DNA from: an uncultured Actinomycetota bacterium
GTDB lineage: Bacteria > Actinomycetota > Actinomycetes > Mycobacteriales > Mycobacteriaceae
Direction of reading: 5' to 3'
Length of the DNA stretch: 64,000 nucleotides
Assembly: GCA_963818285.1 (NCBI GenBank)
Contig: CAWFRR010000012.1
Location: 153,271 to 217,270 of the forward strand
Shown here piece after piece: positions 51,204 to 61,583 of the stretch. The translations under genes were made by a program, and so were the position numbers. Position 1 is the first letter of the stretch. Each line of letters opens with the position of its first letter. A model generated the notes under the pieces. It had not been told where the DNA came from and did not search any database. It worked only from the letters and a program-made list of their open reading frames with translations.

Positions 51204-52249
51204 CCTTTCGAGTCGTTCAATGGACGACAGGCAACATCGGCACGAAGTCGGTGCACGCGATCGTCGAGAACAGGCTGCTCGAGCTTGTCGGGTGCTATGC
51301 GTGGTCGCCGGACAAGGTCGGGCGCGACGTCGGCGAACTGTGTGGCATTGAGCCACTCGGCATGCTGGCCACCGACGACATCGACGCGCTGATCGCGCTG
51401 GAGCCCGATTGCGTGGTCTACAACCAGATTTTCGCGGACGTCGACAATCTGGTCCGCATTCTCGAAGCGGGCATCAACGTCGTCACCACATCCGAGTTCA
51501 TCACCGGCCATCGACTCGGCCCCGGGCGCGAACGCATCATCAAGGCGTGCGAGCGCGGCGGGTCGACGATCTTCGGCAGCGGCCTGAACCCCGGCTTCAT
51601 CCAACTCTTTGCGATCGTTTCTGCGGGCCTCTCGGACAGAGTCGACCGGGTGTGCATCGTGGAATCGTTTGATACCACGATCTACAACTCGCCGGAGACC
51701 GAAAAGATCATGGGGTTCGGCTACCCGATCGACTACCCGGATCTGCTGGCGGTGACCGAGGAAGGGTCGGGGATCTTCCGCGAGGCCGTTCTCATCGTCG
51801 CCGATGCGCTGGGGGTTGAGCTCGACGAGATACGTTGCGAGGCGCAGTATGCCCAAGCCACCGAGGACGTCCACCTTCCCGGAGACTGGGTGATTGCGAA
51901 GGGCTGCGTGGCGGGAATCGACGTGAGTTGGAAGGGCTTTGTCGGTGAGCGTGACGTCGTCGAGGTGCGGGGGGTGTGGACCAAAGGGCAATCGCTGGAA
52001 CCCACCTGGACGATGGGCTTCGGGTACAACATCACCGTCGAGGGCCGACCGACGATCAAGACCACGCTGGCGTTCGAGCCGCCCGCCGATTTCGTGGCCG
52101 AGACGATCGAGGAATACGTCTTGCTCGGTCTGACCATCACCGCTGTGCCGGCCATCACCGCGATACCCGCCGTCGTCGCCGCGCCACCCGGTATCGCGAC
52201 CTATAACGATCTGCCACTGCTACTTCCGCGTGGAGTCATCAATGTCTGA
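51200..52249 (+). CDS. DapB_N-containing amine-dehydrogenase-like oxidoreductase
   Basis: RVVQWTTGNIG, KVGRDVGELCG, NVVTTSEF, SGLNPGF. ATGA coupling to the P450. Confidence 0.85.
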   Translation: MTFRVVQWTTGNIGTKSVHAIVENRLLELVGCYAWSPDKVGRDVGELCGIEPLGMLATDDIDALIALEPDCVVYNQIFADVDNLVRILEAGINVVTTSEFITGHRLGPGRERIIKACERGGSTIFGSGLNPGFIQLFAIVSAGLSDRVDRVCIVESFDTTIYNSPETEKIMGFGYPIDYPDLLAVTEEGSGIFREAVLIVADALGVELDEIRCEAQYAQATEDVHLPGDWVIAKGCVAGIDVSWKGFVGERDVVEVRGVWTKGQSLEPTWTMGFGYNITVEGRPTIKTTLAFEPPADFVAETIEEYVLLGLTITAVPAITAIPAVVAAPPGIATYNDLPLLLPRGVINV

Positions 52250-52664
52250 ACAGCGAGAGACGCAACTTCATCACGTCGTGTTCGCCATCGCGCCGGAGCG
52301 GCAGGCGGAGGTCGCGAAGATGTTCACCGAACTCGGCTGCCGCTTCGAGAACACCGAGTTGACCGAACTCGGATTGAGTATCTATTTGGATTGGAATGGC
52401 GGTGTCGAACTGGTCAGCGCGATCCCCGGTGCGACCGCCGACGTGGCGGCATCGGTCGGTGAATTCGTGAAGAGCAACGGCGACGGCGTGTACACCGTGG
52501 TGCTCCGCGTCCCCGGGGCATCCGACGCCGAGGCCGTCACCGAACGCTATGGGTCGAAAATCCGCTTCCGCCAGAGCATTTCCGGAGGCGGATCGTATCT
52601 GGAGGAAATCGACCTGTCGGTATTCGGGCTTCCGCTGACCATGCTGTCGACCAATATCCCGTGA
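52242..52664 (+). CDS. VOC-like protein
   Basis: LHHVVFAI, GGVELVS, GDGVYTVVLRV. Confidence 0.65.
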   Translation: MSEQRETQLHHVVFAIAPERQAEVAKMFTELGCRFENTELTELGLSIYLDWNGGVELVSAIPGATADVAASVGEFVKSNGDGVYTVVLRVPGASDAEAVTERYGSKIRFRQSISGGGSYLEEIDLSVFGLPLTMLSTNIP

Positions 52665-52688
52665 CGAAGTCATCAGCCAGGAGGTGTC

Positions 52689-53927
52689 GTGAGCGTTGAC
52701 GCGGCCAGGCCGAGTGTTTTCGAGGCCGGACTACCCACCCTGAGTTACGACCTCACCGACACCCCTGCGCAGATCTATCCGCAGTTCCAGGCGGCCCAGC
52801 AATCGGCACCGATCGCATTGGGACCCATTGGCCCCGAAGTACTCTCGTACGAACTTGCCCGCACGGTGCTTCGCGATCCCCGGTTCATCATCCCTCCGGG
52901 AATACATCTGTCCGCCCACGGGATCACGTCAGGACCGTTGTGGGACAGAGTGACCCGCAGCATCTTGAACATGGAAGGCGACGAACACCGCCGACTGCGC
53001 AGCCTGGTGTCGAAAGCTTTCACACCACGGGCGACGGCGGGCATGGACGACACGATCCACACAGTGGTCAACGAGCTCATCGACCGCGTTGCGGACGCGG
53101 GCCGCTGCGAATTCGTCGCGGATATTGCACGGCCCTATCCCATTCCGATCATCTGCGCGTTGCTCGGTGCACCTCGTGCGGACTGGAAACAGTTCTCACG
53201 ATGGGCCGAAGACATCTTCAAGATCGTCAGCTTCGACTGCGATCTCGCCGCAGAGGAACCCGTGGTCCTCAAGGCGTGGGGTGAGTTCGACGACTACATC
53301 GACGGCATGGTCGCGCAGCGGCGCCAACACCTGACCGACGATCTGCTGTCGGAGTTGATCGGCATCGAAGACGCGGGCGACCGCTTGAATGCCGGCGAGT
53401 TACGCATGCTGGCGTTCAGCATTTTGGTGGCCGGCACCGACACCACCCGCAGCCAACTGGCCGCGTCGATGCAGGTGTTGTGCGATCACCCCGATCAGCT
53501 GGCATTGCTACGCGACCAGCCGGAACTGGCCATGCGTGCCGTCGAAGAAACCATGCGACATTCACCGTCGATGTGCAGCACCGTGCGAAGCGTCACCGAC
53601 GACGTCGTGATCGGCGACTACACCTTCCCCGCCGGCACTTTCATCTTGGTGAACACCTATGCGGCCAATCGTGATTGCGCCGTCTACGACGATCCGACGC
53701 GCTTCGACATCACCCGCGACGACCCGCCACCGATCCTGACGTTCGGCGGCGGGGTGCATTACTGCCTGGGCGCCAACCTGGCGCGGCGCGAGCTCGCCGA
53801 GGCGCTCAAAGTGCTCGCCCGGCGGCTGCCGAATCCTCGCCGGATCGGATCGGCCCCGTGGAAACCGTTGCTCGGCATGAGCGGGCCGACCAGCCTGTCT
53901 ATCGAATTCGGCTCGGAGCATCGCTGA
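52689..53927 (+). CDS. Cytochrome P450
   Basis: EHRRLR, AGTDTT, EETMR, FGGGVHYCLG. GGAGG RBS. Confidence 0.95.
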   Translation: MSVDAARPSVFEAGLPTLSYDLTDTPAQIYPQFQAAQQSAPIALGPIGPEVLSYELARTVLRDPRFIIPPGIHLSAHGITSGPLWDRVTRSILNMEGDEHRRLRSLVSKAFTPRATAGMDDTIHTVVNELIDRVADAGRCEFVADIARPYPIPIICALLGAPRADWKQFSRWAEDIFKIVSFDCDLAAEEPVVLKAWGEFDDYIDGMVAQRRQHLTDDLLSELIGIEDAGDRLNAGELRMLAFSILVAGTDTTRSQLAASMQVLCDHPDQLALLRDQPELAMRAVEETMRHSPSMCSTVRSVTDDVVIGDYTFPAGTFILVNTYAANRDCAVYDDPTRFDITRDDPPPILTFGGGVHYCLGANLARRELAEALKVLARRLPNPRRIGSAPWKPLLGMSGPTSLSIEFGSEHR

Positions 53928-53962
53928 GTTTTGCTAACTAGAACCTGTTACAGTTTTTCGGC

Positions 53963-55087
53963 ATGAGCCGCAAACGCGTCGTCGTCGCGGGCTTGGGCGA
54001 TGTGGGCATCCTCGCTGCGATGCGGCTCGCCAAGCATTTCGATGTCGTCGGCATCTCGGTCAAGCCGGGTCTGGTCAGTGGCCAGGAACTCGGTGTCCGA
54101 CTGGCCCGCCCGCGGGACTGGGCCCGCGACTACTGGATTTCCTTCGACAGATTCCGACGGCTGGATCGGGTCCGGATCATTCAAGGCGCGCTGACCGGTG
54201 TGGACTTGGCGGAGCGGACCGTGTCCGGCCGCGGCGGCGATGGCACGCCATTCGCCGAGGGATACGACGCGCTGGTCATCTCGACCGGCGTCAGCAACGG
54301 CTTCTGGCGCCGACCGACCCTGCAGTCGGCCGCGGATGTCGGCGCCGGTCTGCACGCCGATCACGATCGCCTGGCCACCGCCGCGTCCGTGATCGTCGTC
54401 GGCGGCGGCGCGGCGGCGGTCACCAGCGCCGTGAACCTGGCAACGACGTGGCCGGACAAGCACATTGACCTCTACTTTCCCGGCGATCGGGCGCTGACCG
54501 ACTACCACCCGCGGATCTGGCAGCGAATCCAGCGCCGTCTGACCGGTCTCGGCGTCGGCCTGCACCCGGGTCACCGCGCCGCGCTGATCAACGGCTTCGC
54601 GGGCGACGAGATCACCAACGGTGGCGTCGACTGGAGCACCGGACAGCCGGCGGCCTCGGCCGACGCGGTGCTCTGGGCGATCGGACGGGTGCAACCGAAC
54701 ACCGACTGGCTGCCGCGTGAACTCCTCGACGACGGCGGCTTTGTTCGGGTCACCCGCGAACTGCGGGTGCCCGGTCGCTCAGAGGTGTTCGCGGCCGGCG
54801 ACGTCGCGGCAACCGACCCGCTTCGTAGTTCGGCCCGCAACCGCGGCGACACGCTGGTCGCCAAGAACGTGCACGCCGAACTGGCCGGCGGCCGCCCGCG
54901 CAACTACCGGGCGCCCGGGCGCCGGTGGGGCTCGATCCTGGGCATCCAGCCCGACGGGCTGGAAGTCTTCCTTCCCACCGGACAGGTCTTCCGCATACCG
55001 TCCTGGCCGGTCGAGCGCCTGGTCATGCCGCTGCTCGTGCGCCGAGGCATGTATGGCGGTGTGCGCGACAGTCCGCCTCTGGTCTGA
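53963..55087 (+). CDS. FAD/NAD(P)-dependent oxidoreductase (Pyr_redox_2 type)
   Basis: VVAGLGDVG, YDALVISTG, VVGGGAAA, VFAAGD. Confidence 0.85.
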   Translation: MSRKRVVVAGLGDVGILAAMRLAKHFDVVGISVKPGLVSGQELGVRLARPRDWARDYWISFDRFRRLDRVRIIQGALTGVDLAERTVSGRGGDGTPFAEGYDALVISTGVSNGFWRRPTLQSAADVGAGLHADHDRLATAASVIVVGGGAAAVTSAVNLATTWPDKHIDLYFPGDRALTDYHPRIWQRIQRRLTGLGVGLHPGHRAALINGFAGDEITNGGVDWSTGQPAASADAVLWAIGRVQPNTDWLPRELLDDGGFVRVTRELRVPGRSEVFAAGDVAATDPLRSSARNRGDTLVAKNVHAELAGGRPRNYRAPGRRWGSILGIQPDGLEVFLPTGQVFRIPSWPVERLVMPLLVRRGMYGGVRDSPPLV

Positions 55088-55098
55088 GGGCCGGGCCG

Positions 55099-55836
55099 TC
55101 AGCCGCGCTTACCGCGCACCCACTGGAACGTGCCGATGCTCTTGACGCGCACGCTGGCGAAGCCGACGTCCTCCAGGATGTCGCCGACTTCGTCCTCGCT
55201 GAAGATGTGAGCTCCGCCAGTGGGAAGAGCCCGCCACAGGTCAACCGGCGGACGCAGGGTGGGGACCATGACCGCAAGTCGTCCGCAGGGCTTCAGCACC
55301 CGCGCGATCTCGGCCAGCGCCGCGGCGGGATCGGGGATCAGCTGTAGCACCGCGACCGAGATCGCGGCGTCGAACGTCGCGTCGCGGAATGGAAGCCGCT
55401 GGGCGTCCGCGCGCAGAAAGCCGACCTGAGGGCCCGCCGCGGCGCGCACGGCGCGGGCCAGCATCGGCTCGGAGATGTCGATACCCAGCGCGAGCCCGTC
55501 GGGGCCGGCGGCGTGAGCCAGTGATGTGGTGACGGAGCCGGGGCCGGCGCCGACATCCAAGGCAACGCCGCCTTCCGGGATGTTCAGCCACTCGATGGGC
55601 AGGGCCATGGCGGCAATGAATCGCCGGGTCAGCGCCTGCGCGTTGTCGTAGACGAACGAGCCGATCGGCGATGCCCACGCGGCCTGGATGGCGCCGTCGT
55701 TCTTGGCTACGTCGTCATCGGTCGTGCTCAGCAAATCCAGGTAGCCGTTGCTGACGTCCGGCTCGGCGGGCGGGTCGGCGAGCAGTTCGAGCGCTTTACT
55801 CAAGGCTGGCGGCAGGGTCGTCTTCAGTTCGGGCAT
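55099..55836 (-). CDS. Class I SAM-dependent methyltransferase
   Basis: ALDVGAGPG, DISEPML, LPFRDATFD, RVLKPCG. Confidence 0.9.
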   Translation of the reverse strand: MPELKTTLPPALSKALELLADPPAEPDVSNGYLDLLSTTDDDVAKNDGAIQAAWASPIGSFVYDNAQALTRRFIAAMALPIEWLNIPEGGVALDVGAGPGSVTTSLAHAAGPDGLALGIDISEPMLARAVRAAAGPQVGFLRADAQRLPFRDATFDAAISVAVLQLIPDPAAALAEIARVLKPCGRLAVMVPTLRPPVDLWRALPTGGAHIFSEDEVGDILEDVGFASVRVKSIGTFQWVRGKRG

Positions 55837-55992
55837 CGGCGTTCCTTCGACGAAAGGTCAAGTTATACAGGCGTTTACGCATTGACAACCGCAACTCGTA
55901 AGGCCCGTGCTTCCGTCCGCAGCCTACGCCGGGCCGGCATCTGTCTCCACCCGCCGAGGTAGCCATCCCGGTAACGGCGCTAGGGTCGATAG

Positions 55993-56883
55993 GTGACTAC
56001 ATCGTGGTCGCCGAGCCGACTCGGCAACTTGTCTGGCAAACGCATCATCGTGACCGGAGCTACCAACGGCGTCGGGCTGGGCACCGCACGCCTGCTCGCC
56101 CGCGCGGGTGCGCATGTGATCCTGGCCGTCCGCAACACGGAATTGGGTGCGCAGCGGGCCGCCGAGATCGGTGGTTCCACCTCGGTCGCGAAGCTCGATC
56201 TCGCCGACCTCGCGTCGGTGCGGGCGTTCCCCGACCAGTTCGAGGGCGAGGTCGACATTCTGATCAACAACGCCGGAGCGGTCGTCCAGCATCGCACCGA
56301 CACCGTCGACGGCTTCGAAATGACGATCGGCACAAACTTTTTGGGCCCGTTCGCGCTGACCAATCTGATCTTGGGGCGGGTCCGCTCGCAGATCATCAAC
56401 GTCGGGTCTGACGCCCACAGGTCGGCGAATCTACGCCTGGACGACATGCACCTGCGCTCGCACAAGTGGGCCGCATATCCGGCATACGCGCGCTCGAAGC
56501 TCGCGGTGATGCTCTGGGGACTTGAACTCGATCGCCGGCTGCGGGCCGCGGGGTCGCCGGTAACCGCGCAGCTCACGCATCCGGGGTGGGTGTCGTCGAA
56601 CCTTTCCCAGGTGTCGGACAGGCCCGTGATGGCGGGTTTCCATCGGGTGGTCACCGTGTTGGCGGATCGGTTCGGCAACGACATCGAGGAAGGCGCCGCG
56701 CCGACGCTGTACTGCATCAGCGAACCGATTCCGCCGGGTAGCTACGTGGGTGTCGACGGGCGACTCGGGCTGAAGGGCGGGCCGGTGCTCATCGGCCGCT
56801 CGGCACTCGCGGCCGATTACGAGATCGCCGGCAAAGTCTTCGAGTTCGGCGAAAAAGAAACCGGGACAACGTTTCCTGTCTAG
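55993..56883 (+). CDS. SDR (retinol/protochlorophyllide-reductase-like)
   Basis: TGATNGVG, LINNAG, YARSK, HPG. Confidence 0.9.
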   Translation: MTTSWSPSRLGNLSGKRIIVTGATNGVGLGTARLLARAGAHVILAVRNTELGAQRAAEIGGSTSVAKLDLADLASVRAFPDQFEGEVDILINNAGAVVQHRTDTVDGFEMTIGTNFLGPFALTNLILGRVRSQIINVGSDAHRSANLRLDDMHLRSHKWAAYPAYARSKLAVMLWGLELDRRLRAAGSPVTAQLTHPGWVSSNLSQVSDRPVMAGFHRVVTVLADRFGNDIEEGAAPTLYCISEPIPPGSYVGVDGRLGLKGGPVLIGRSALAADYEIAGKVFEFGEKETGTTFPV

Positions 56884-57630
56884 CTAGTCAGGCGTCGCGA
56901 AAATGGCGACGGCGTCGCCACCCACCGATACACCTGCGGGCCCGATTCTTTCGATCAGTCGCGCCCGTAACTCGGGCGCTTTGTCCTCCGCGACCAGCAG
57001 CTGATTGGAGAAGGTGAACGCGATGTCGACCCACTGCTGGGCGGAGTAGTGCAGGTCGTGCGGGTAGGTCTGCTGCGTCACGGTGAATCCCGCCGCGGCG
57101 ATCAGGTCCACAACCTCACCGGGACTGCCGTCGTGACTGCGGGTTTCGACGTCCATGTAGTCGGAGTAGATCTCCTCGAACTCGGCGCGGCTCGGATTGA
57201 CGGGCCGCAACCGGTTCCAGATCAGCGCCAGCTTGCCGCCGTCGTCGAGGATCGCGCGGATCTTCGGTAGCGCCACAGCCGGGTCCACCCAGTGAAACGA
57301 CGCGGCGAACACAACCAGATCGAACCGGCGGCCCGCCGGATCCCAGTCTTCGAACGTGGACAGTTCGACGGGAACGCCTTTGGCCTGCGCCACGGCGGCC
57401 ATCCGGGCATCGGGCTCGACCGCAAGCAGGTCCGCGCCCCGCTCGATCAGCTGCATCGAGGCAATCCCGGTGCCGGCGCCCCCCTCGAGCACACGGTGCG
57501 CGTTGGGGGCCAGCACGTCGTCGATCAATCGGTCGGGGTAGCGGGGCCGGTAGCTGTCGTAATTCGCGGCGGCGCCACCAAATGAGTTGGCGCGCTGACG
57601 ATTAGTGAACAGATTCAGTCGCGATGGCAT
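56884..57630 (-). CDS. Class I SAM-dependent methyltransferase
   Basis: YDSYRPRYP, VLEGGAGTG, AVEPD, SFHW. Confidence 0.88.
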   Translation of the reverse strand: MPSRLNLFTNRQRANSFGGAAANYDSYRPRYPDRLIDDVLAPNAHRVLEGGAGTGIASMQLIERGADLLAVEPDARMAAVAQAKGVPVELSTFEDWDPAGRRFDLVVFAASFHWVDPAVALPKIRAILDDGGKLALIWNRLRPVNPSRAEFEEIYSDYMDVETRSHDGSPGEVVDLIAAAGFTVTQQTYPHDLHYSAQQWVDIAFTFSNQLLVAEDKAPELRARLIERIGPAGVSVGGDAVAIFATPD

Positions 57631-57692
57631 GCCCTCGAGAATATCGAGGCAACTTGTGTCCCGGCTGTGAAAGATCCACTGCGCAGGCGTTT

Positions 57693-58283
57693 TCAGGTGA
57701 CGTACTGGGTGAACAGGTCCGCGAGGGTGCGGGCCAATTCGGCGGAGTCGGTGACCGGTGGCTCTGCCGCAGCCTGCAGTGCCCCGTCCCGGGTCAGTAC
57801 CACGAGGCCGTGCACAAGCGCCCAACTGATCAGGGCCAGCTTCGGCGGAGCTCCGGGTGTCGTCGTGTCGATTCCCGCCAACTGGCTCACCGCGGTGGTC
57901 AGGGCGCCGATGGCCTGCTGCTGGGCCGCGGCGAGGTCCGCATCGTCGGCGTGCAATTCACCGGGTGCAAACATCAATTCGAAGAGGGCCGGATGGGACA
58001 GGCCGAAGTCGATATAAGCGCGTCCGAGTACCGCAAGTTGCTGCCGGGCGTCCGATTCGTGCACCGCGAACAGGCGGTCCGCCAGCGCGTGGAACCCTTC
58101 CGTGGCGATCGCGGTGAGCAACCCCGACCGATCGCCGAAGTGGTATTTGGGGGAGGCGTGCGACAGGCCGGCACGTCGGGCGACGGCGCGCAGGCTGATT
58201 GCGGCGCGACCATGCTCGGCGAGTTCTGCACGCGCGGCAGCCAGGAGATCCTCGCGTACTTGTGGGCGGGTGGCCGGTGCCAT
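57693..58283 (-). CDS. TetR-family regulator (WHG-type C-terminus)
   Basis: ISLRAVARRAGLSHASPKYHF; WALVHG. Confidence 0.9.
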   Translation of the reverse strand: MAPATRPQVREDLLAAARAELAEHGRAAISLRAVARRAGLSHASPKYHFGDRSGLLTAIATEGFHALADRLFAVHESDARQQLAVLGRAYIDFGLSHPALFELMFAPGELHADDADLAAAQQQAIGALTTAVSQLAGIDTTTPGAPPKLALISWALVHGLVVLTRDGALQAAAEPPVTDSAELARTLADLFTQYVT

Positions 58284-58306
58284 GTGGAGATCCTCTCCCA
58301 CTGACC

Positions 58307-58362
58307 TTGACAGTGTCAAACAGGTCTGCGATGGTGGTGGGGCAGGTTTGACAGTGTCAAAC
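58307..58362. promoter_or_regulatory. Two TTGACAGTGTCAA operators
   Basis: Palindromes at 58307-58319 and 58346-58362 (GTTTGACAGTGTCAAAC) between tetR and the divergent operon. Confidence 0.8.
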
Positions 58363-58385
58363 AAAATTCACACGGGGAGGCCGCG

Positions 58386-58838
58386 ATGTATCACACGATC
58401 GTCAAGCGGGTCGCAACGAAAAACTTCGAGCGGGTCAACACACACGACTACGGCAAAATCCTGAACGGCTGCGCGGCCGACATTCACCACCGCTTCGGCG
58501 GACGTCACGCGCTCGGCGGCGACCGTCACGACCGCGAAGCACTCGGTCGCTGGTTCGAGCGGCTGGGTCGCCTGTTCCCCACACTGACGCTGACCGTGCG
58601 GGATGTCTGGGTCAAGGGCTGGCCGCACAACACGGTGGCCGTCATCCGCTGGGTCGGCACACAGACGCTGCCTGACGGTGCGCCGTACGAGAACCACGGC
58701 GTGCACGTTGTGCGGATGCGCTGGGGGAAGGCCGTTGACATCGATGCCAACGAAGACTCGCAATTGGTTGCGGAAACGCTGAAAGGCTTTGCCGCCCGGG
58801 GCATTCAAGAAGCACTCGCCGAACCGATCGTCAGCTGA
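58386..58838 (+). CDS. NTF2/SnoaL-like protein
   Basis: HRFGGRHALGG, WVKGWPHNT, YENHGVHVVRMRWGK. Confidence 0.8.
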   Translation: MYHTIVKRVATKNFERVNTHDYGKILNGCAADIHHRFGGRHALGGDRHDREALGRWFERLGRLFPTLTLTVRDVWVKGWPHNTVAVIRWVGTQTLPDGAPYENHGVHVVRMRWGKAVDIDANEDSQLVAETLKGFAARGIQEALAEPIVS

Positions 58839-58867
58839 CCGGCCACGTCCAACAAGGAGGAATCACG

Positions 58868-59350
58868 ATGAATTGCTCAGTCGCACTCGCAGCCTCAGCA
58901 CAACGACCACAGCCCTCGGCCAACCCGGCAGTCCGGGTCGGCGATCGCGAGCGGGAGAAAGTCATCTCGCGCCTCGGTCAAGCCTTGGCCCAGGGATATC
59001 TATCGATACCCGACTACGAGACTCGCCTCGACCAGGCTTTCGCAGCGGAGACCGCCGGCGCGCTGGGCCAGGTGCTCGGTGATCTTCCCCTCGGCCGGAT
59101 CGCGCGCGACGACCCGCGGCGTCGCGCGGCCAAGGTCGCGGCTGCGCGCCGCGGCGTTCGGATTCATCTGGCCGCCTATCTGGCCGTGTCACTGCTGATG
59201 ATCGGCATCTGGCTGGCGGTCGCGCTATCGGTCGGCGCCTGGTATTTCTGGCCGGTCTGGCCCATCCTCGGTATGGGTATTGGCGTCGTCTCTCACGCCG
59301 TCCCGGTCCACAACTACATGCTCAGCAAGGGTTTTGGCGCTACTGATTGA
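58868..59350 (+). CDS. DUF1707 (SHOCT-like) plus 2TM-domain protein
   Basis: RVGDRERE...[13 protein letters not shown]...DLP; HLAAYL...[10 protein letters not shown]. Confidence 0.8.
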   Translation: MNCSVALAASAQRPQPSANPAVRVGDREREKVISRLGQALAQGYLSIPDYETRLDQAFAAETAGALGQVLGDLPLGRIARDDPRRRAAKVAAARRGVRIHLAAYLAVSLLMIGIWLAVALSVGAWYFWPVWPILGMGIGVVSHAVPVHNYMLSKGFGATD

Positions 59351-60704
59351 CCCGCGCGTGCGCGCGCTCGAGCGCGCACAACCGCCATTGGCCCGGTACG
59401 CCTTTGAGGTCGTACTCGCCGCGGTCGGCGAACCGGAGCCGGGAGCCGGTGACGATATCGCGCACCGTCGACGACACCAGAACTTCGCTGGGCCCGGCCT
59501 GGGCCGCGACACGGGCACCGATGTGCACGGCCATCCCGGCAACATCGTCACCGCGCACTTCGACCTCGCCGGCGTGAATGCCCACCCGAATCTCGATACC
59601 CAGCACCCGAATTGCGTCGACAAGGGAGTCGGCGCACGCGATCGCGGCGCTCGGGCTGGGGAAGGACGCGATGAACCCGTCGCCGGCGGTGTTCACCTCG
59701 AAACCGCCGAACCGTTCGAGTTCGTGACGCACGATCGTGTCGTGGTTTTCCAGCAGGTCGCGCCACCGGCCGTCACCGAGTAAAGCGGCTCGCTCGGTCG
59801 AGCCGACGATGTCGGTGAACATGATCGTGGTGAGCACCCGCTCGCCGATGCCGCCGCCGCGCACGCCGGTGACGAACTCCTCGATCTCGTCGAGCATCGG
59901 CGCGGTGTCACCGACCCAGTACAGGGCGTCGGCTCCGGGCAACTCGAGGAGTTGCGCTCCGGGGACGTGTTCGGCGATGTACCGGCCGTTGTCGACGGGA
60001 CAGAACTCCGAGTCCTCACGATGAACGACCAGCGTCGGCGCGGTGATTCGCGCCAGGGTGTCGCGGACATCGCAGTGCCTGACGGTCAGGATGATGGCGC
60101 GGGCCATGCTGGGCGAAGCGGCCCGGTTGCCGGCCATATCCCACCACGCGCGGAATGCATGGTCGTCGACCATGCTGGGCGCGATGAAACCGAGCATGTC
60201 GAAGCCCTGATCGACGGCGTCCGGTTCCATCGCCACGGTCGTGTAGGGGTCTTCTTCGACGATCTCGAACCCCATCGGGTAGTCGTCCGCACGCAGCGTT
60301 CGGGCCGCGCCGTTGATGATCACCAGGTTGCTCACGCGCTCCGGATAGTCGGCCGCCAGCACTAGCCCGGTCATCGAGGCGAACCCGGGGGCGAAGATCG
60401 TCGCCCGCTCGCATCCGATCGCGTCCATCACCGCGATGGCGTCTTTGGCCCAGAACTTCGGACCGATCACGTCCCGCGAAACGCGCGACGACATGCCGAC
60501 GCCGCGCTGGTCGAGTCGAATCACCCGGCTGAAGGACGCCAGCCGACGGTGAAAGCGGTACATCGACGGTTCGGCGTCGATGGTATCGATGGGGATGGAC
60601 GGCCCCGGCAGCACCAGTACATCGTTCGGCCCATCGCCGAGTGTCTGGTAGGCGATGTCGACCTCGCTGCAGCTGGCGTAGCGAGTCCGTGGAAACTGCG
60701 CCAC
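59340..60704 (-). CDS. lipJ: Alpha/beta-hydrolase plus class III adenylate cyclase fusion (LipJ-like)
   Basis: [10 protein letters not shown] hydrolase domain; [38 protein letters not shown]. Confidence 0.85.
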   Translation of the reverse strand: MAQFPRTRYASCSEVDIAYQTLGDGPNDVLVLPGPSIPIDTIDAEPSMYRFHRRLASFSRVIRLDQRGVGMSSRVSRDVIGPKFWAKDAIAVMDAIGCERATIFAPGFASMTGLVLAADYPERVSNLVIINGAARTLRADDYPMGFEIVEEDPYTTVAMEPDAVDQGFDMLGFIAPSMVDDHAFRAWWDMAGNRAASPSMARAIILTVRHCDVRDTLARITAPTLVVHREDSEFCPVDNGRYIAEHVPGAQLLELPGADALYWVGDTAPMLDEIEEFVTGVRGGGIGERVLTTIMFTDIVGSTERAALLGDGRWRDLLENHDTIVRHELERFGGFEVNTAGDGFIASFPSPSAAIACADSLVDAIRVLGIEIRVGIHAGEVEVRGDDVAGMAVHIGARVAAQAGPSEVLVSSTVRDIVTGSRLRFADRGEYDLKGVPGQWRLCALERAHARVNQ

Positions 60705-60821
60705 AGTTACAGGCTAGAGCAGGATGCCGACACGTTTAGGGCGTCTTCGGCGTAGTGGTCGCATCCCGGCGGCGCGACCGCGAGTATGCAGGTAACAGAA
60801 GGCGACGAGAGGAACAGCGCG

Positions 60822-61583
60822 ATGCAGTTGACGGGTAACACCGTTTTGGTCACCGGAGGAGGCACCGGGATCGGCCGGGGCCTGGCCGAGGCATTTCATC
60901 GGCTGGGCAACAACGTCGTCATCGCCGGCCGCCGTTTGGAAGCGCTCGAGGAGGTCGCCGAGGCCAACCCGGGCATGCAGTACCTCTCGCTGGACCAGGG
61001 TGACGCCGCCGACATCAGGCGATTCGCCATCGAGCTGAAAGACAACCACGCGGACGTCAACGTCCTGGTCAACAACGCGGGGATCCAGCGGGTCGAGAAC
61101 CTCACCACTGGTGGCCCCGGTCGGGCCGAGCAGACCATCAACGTCAACCTGCTCGGTCCGATCCGGCTCACCGCGGCGTTACTGCACGCGCTGCTCGGCA
61201 AGCCGCGCGCGGCAATCCTCAATGTCACCTCGGGGCTGGCGTTCATGCCCAGCGCACTGACGCCGACGTACTGCGCCAGCAAGGCCGCGATGCACTCCTA
61301 CACCCAGTCGCTGCGTTTTCAGTTGCGTGACAGCGACGTACAGGTCATCGAGATCGTGCCACCGCGGGTGCAGACGGCGCTGCAGGGCCGGCGCGGATTC
61401 GACCCACGGGGAATGCCCCTCGATGAGTTCATCTCCGAGACGATGATGCTGCTGCAAACCAAGCCCGACGCCGACGAGATTGTGGTGGAGCGCGCCAAGG
61501 GATTTCGGTTCGCCGAGCGGGACGGGGCTTACGACGAGATCTACCCCGTCTTCAACGAGAAAATGATTGCGGACGCCGACTAG
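60822..61583 (+). CDS. SDR (DltE-like)
   Basis: TGGGTGIG, LVNNAG, YCASKAAMHSYT. Confidence 0.9.
   Translation: MQLTGNTVLVTGGGTGIGRGLAEAFHRLGNNVVIAGRRLEALEEVAEANPGMQYLSLDQGDAADIRRFAIELKDNHADVNVLVNNAGIQRVENLTTGGPGRAEQTINVNLLGPIRLTAALLHALLGKPRAAILNVTSGLAFMPSALTPTYCASKAAMHSYTQSLRFQLRDSDVQVIEIVPPRVQTALQGRRGFDPRGMPLDEFISETMMLLQTKPDADEIVVERAKGFRFAERDGAYDEIYPVFNEKMIADAD

Noticed and set aside
52662-52672. TGAC-GAA-GTCA before the second P450 as another TetR operator
   Set aside because: The spacer is 3 nt rather than 4 and the motif overlaps a stop codon, so it may be chance.
59340-60704. Hydrolase-cyclase fusion as a novelty
   Set aside because: This is the known mycobacterial LipJ architecture.
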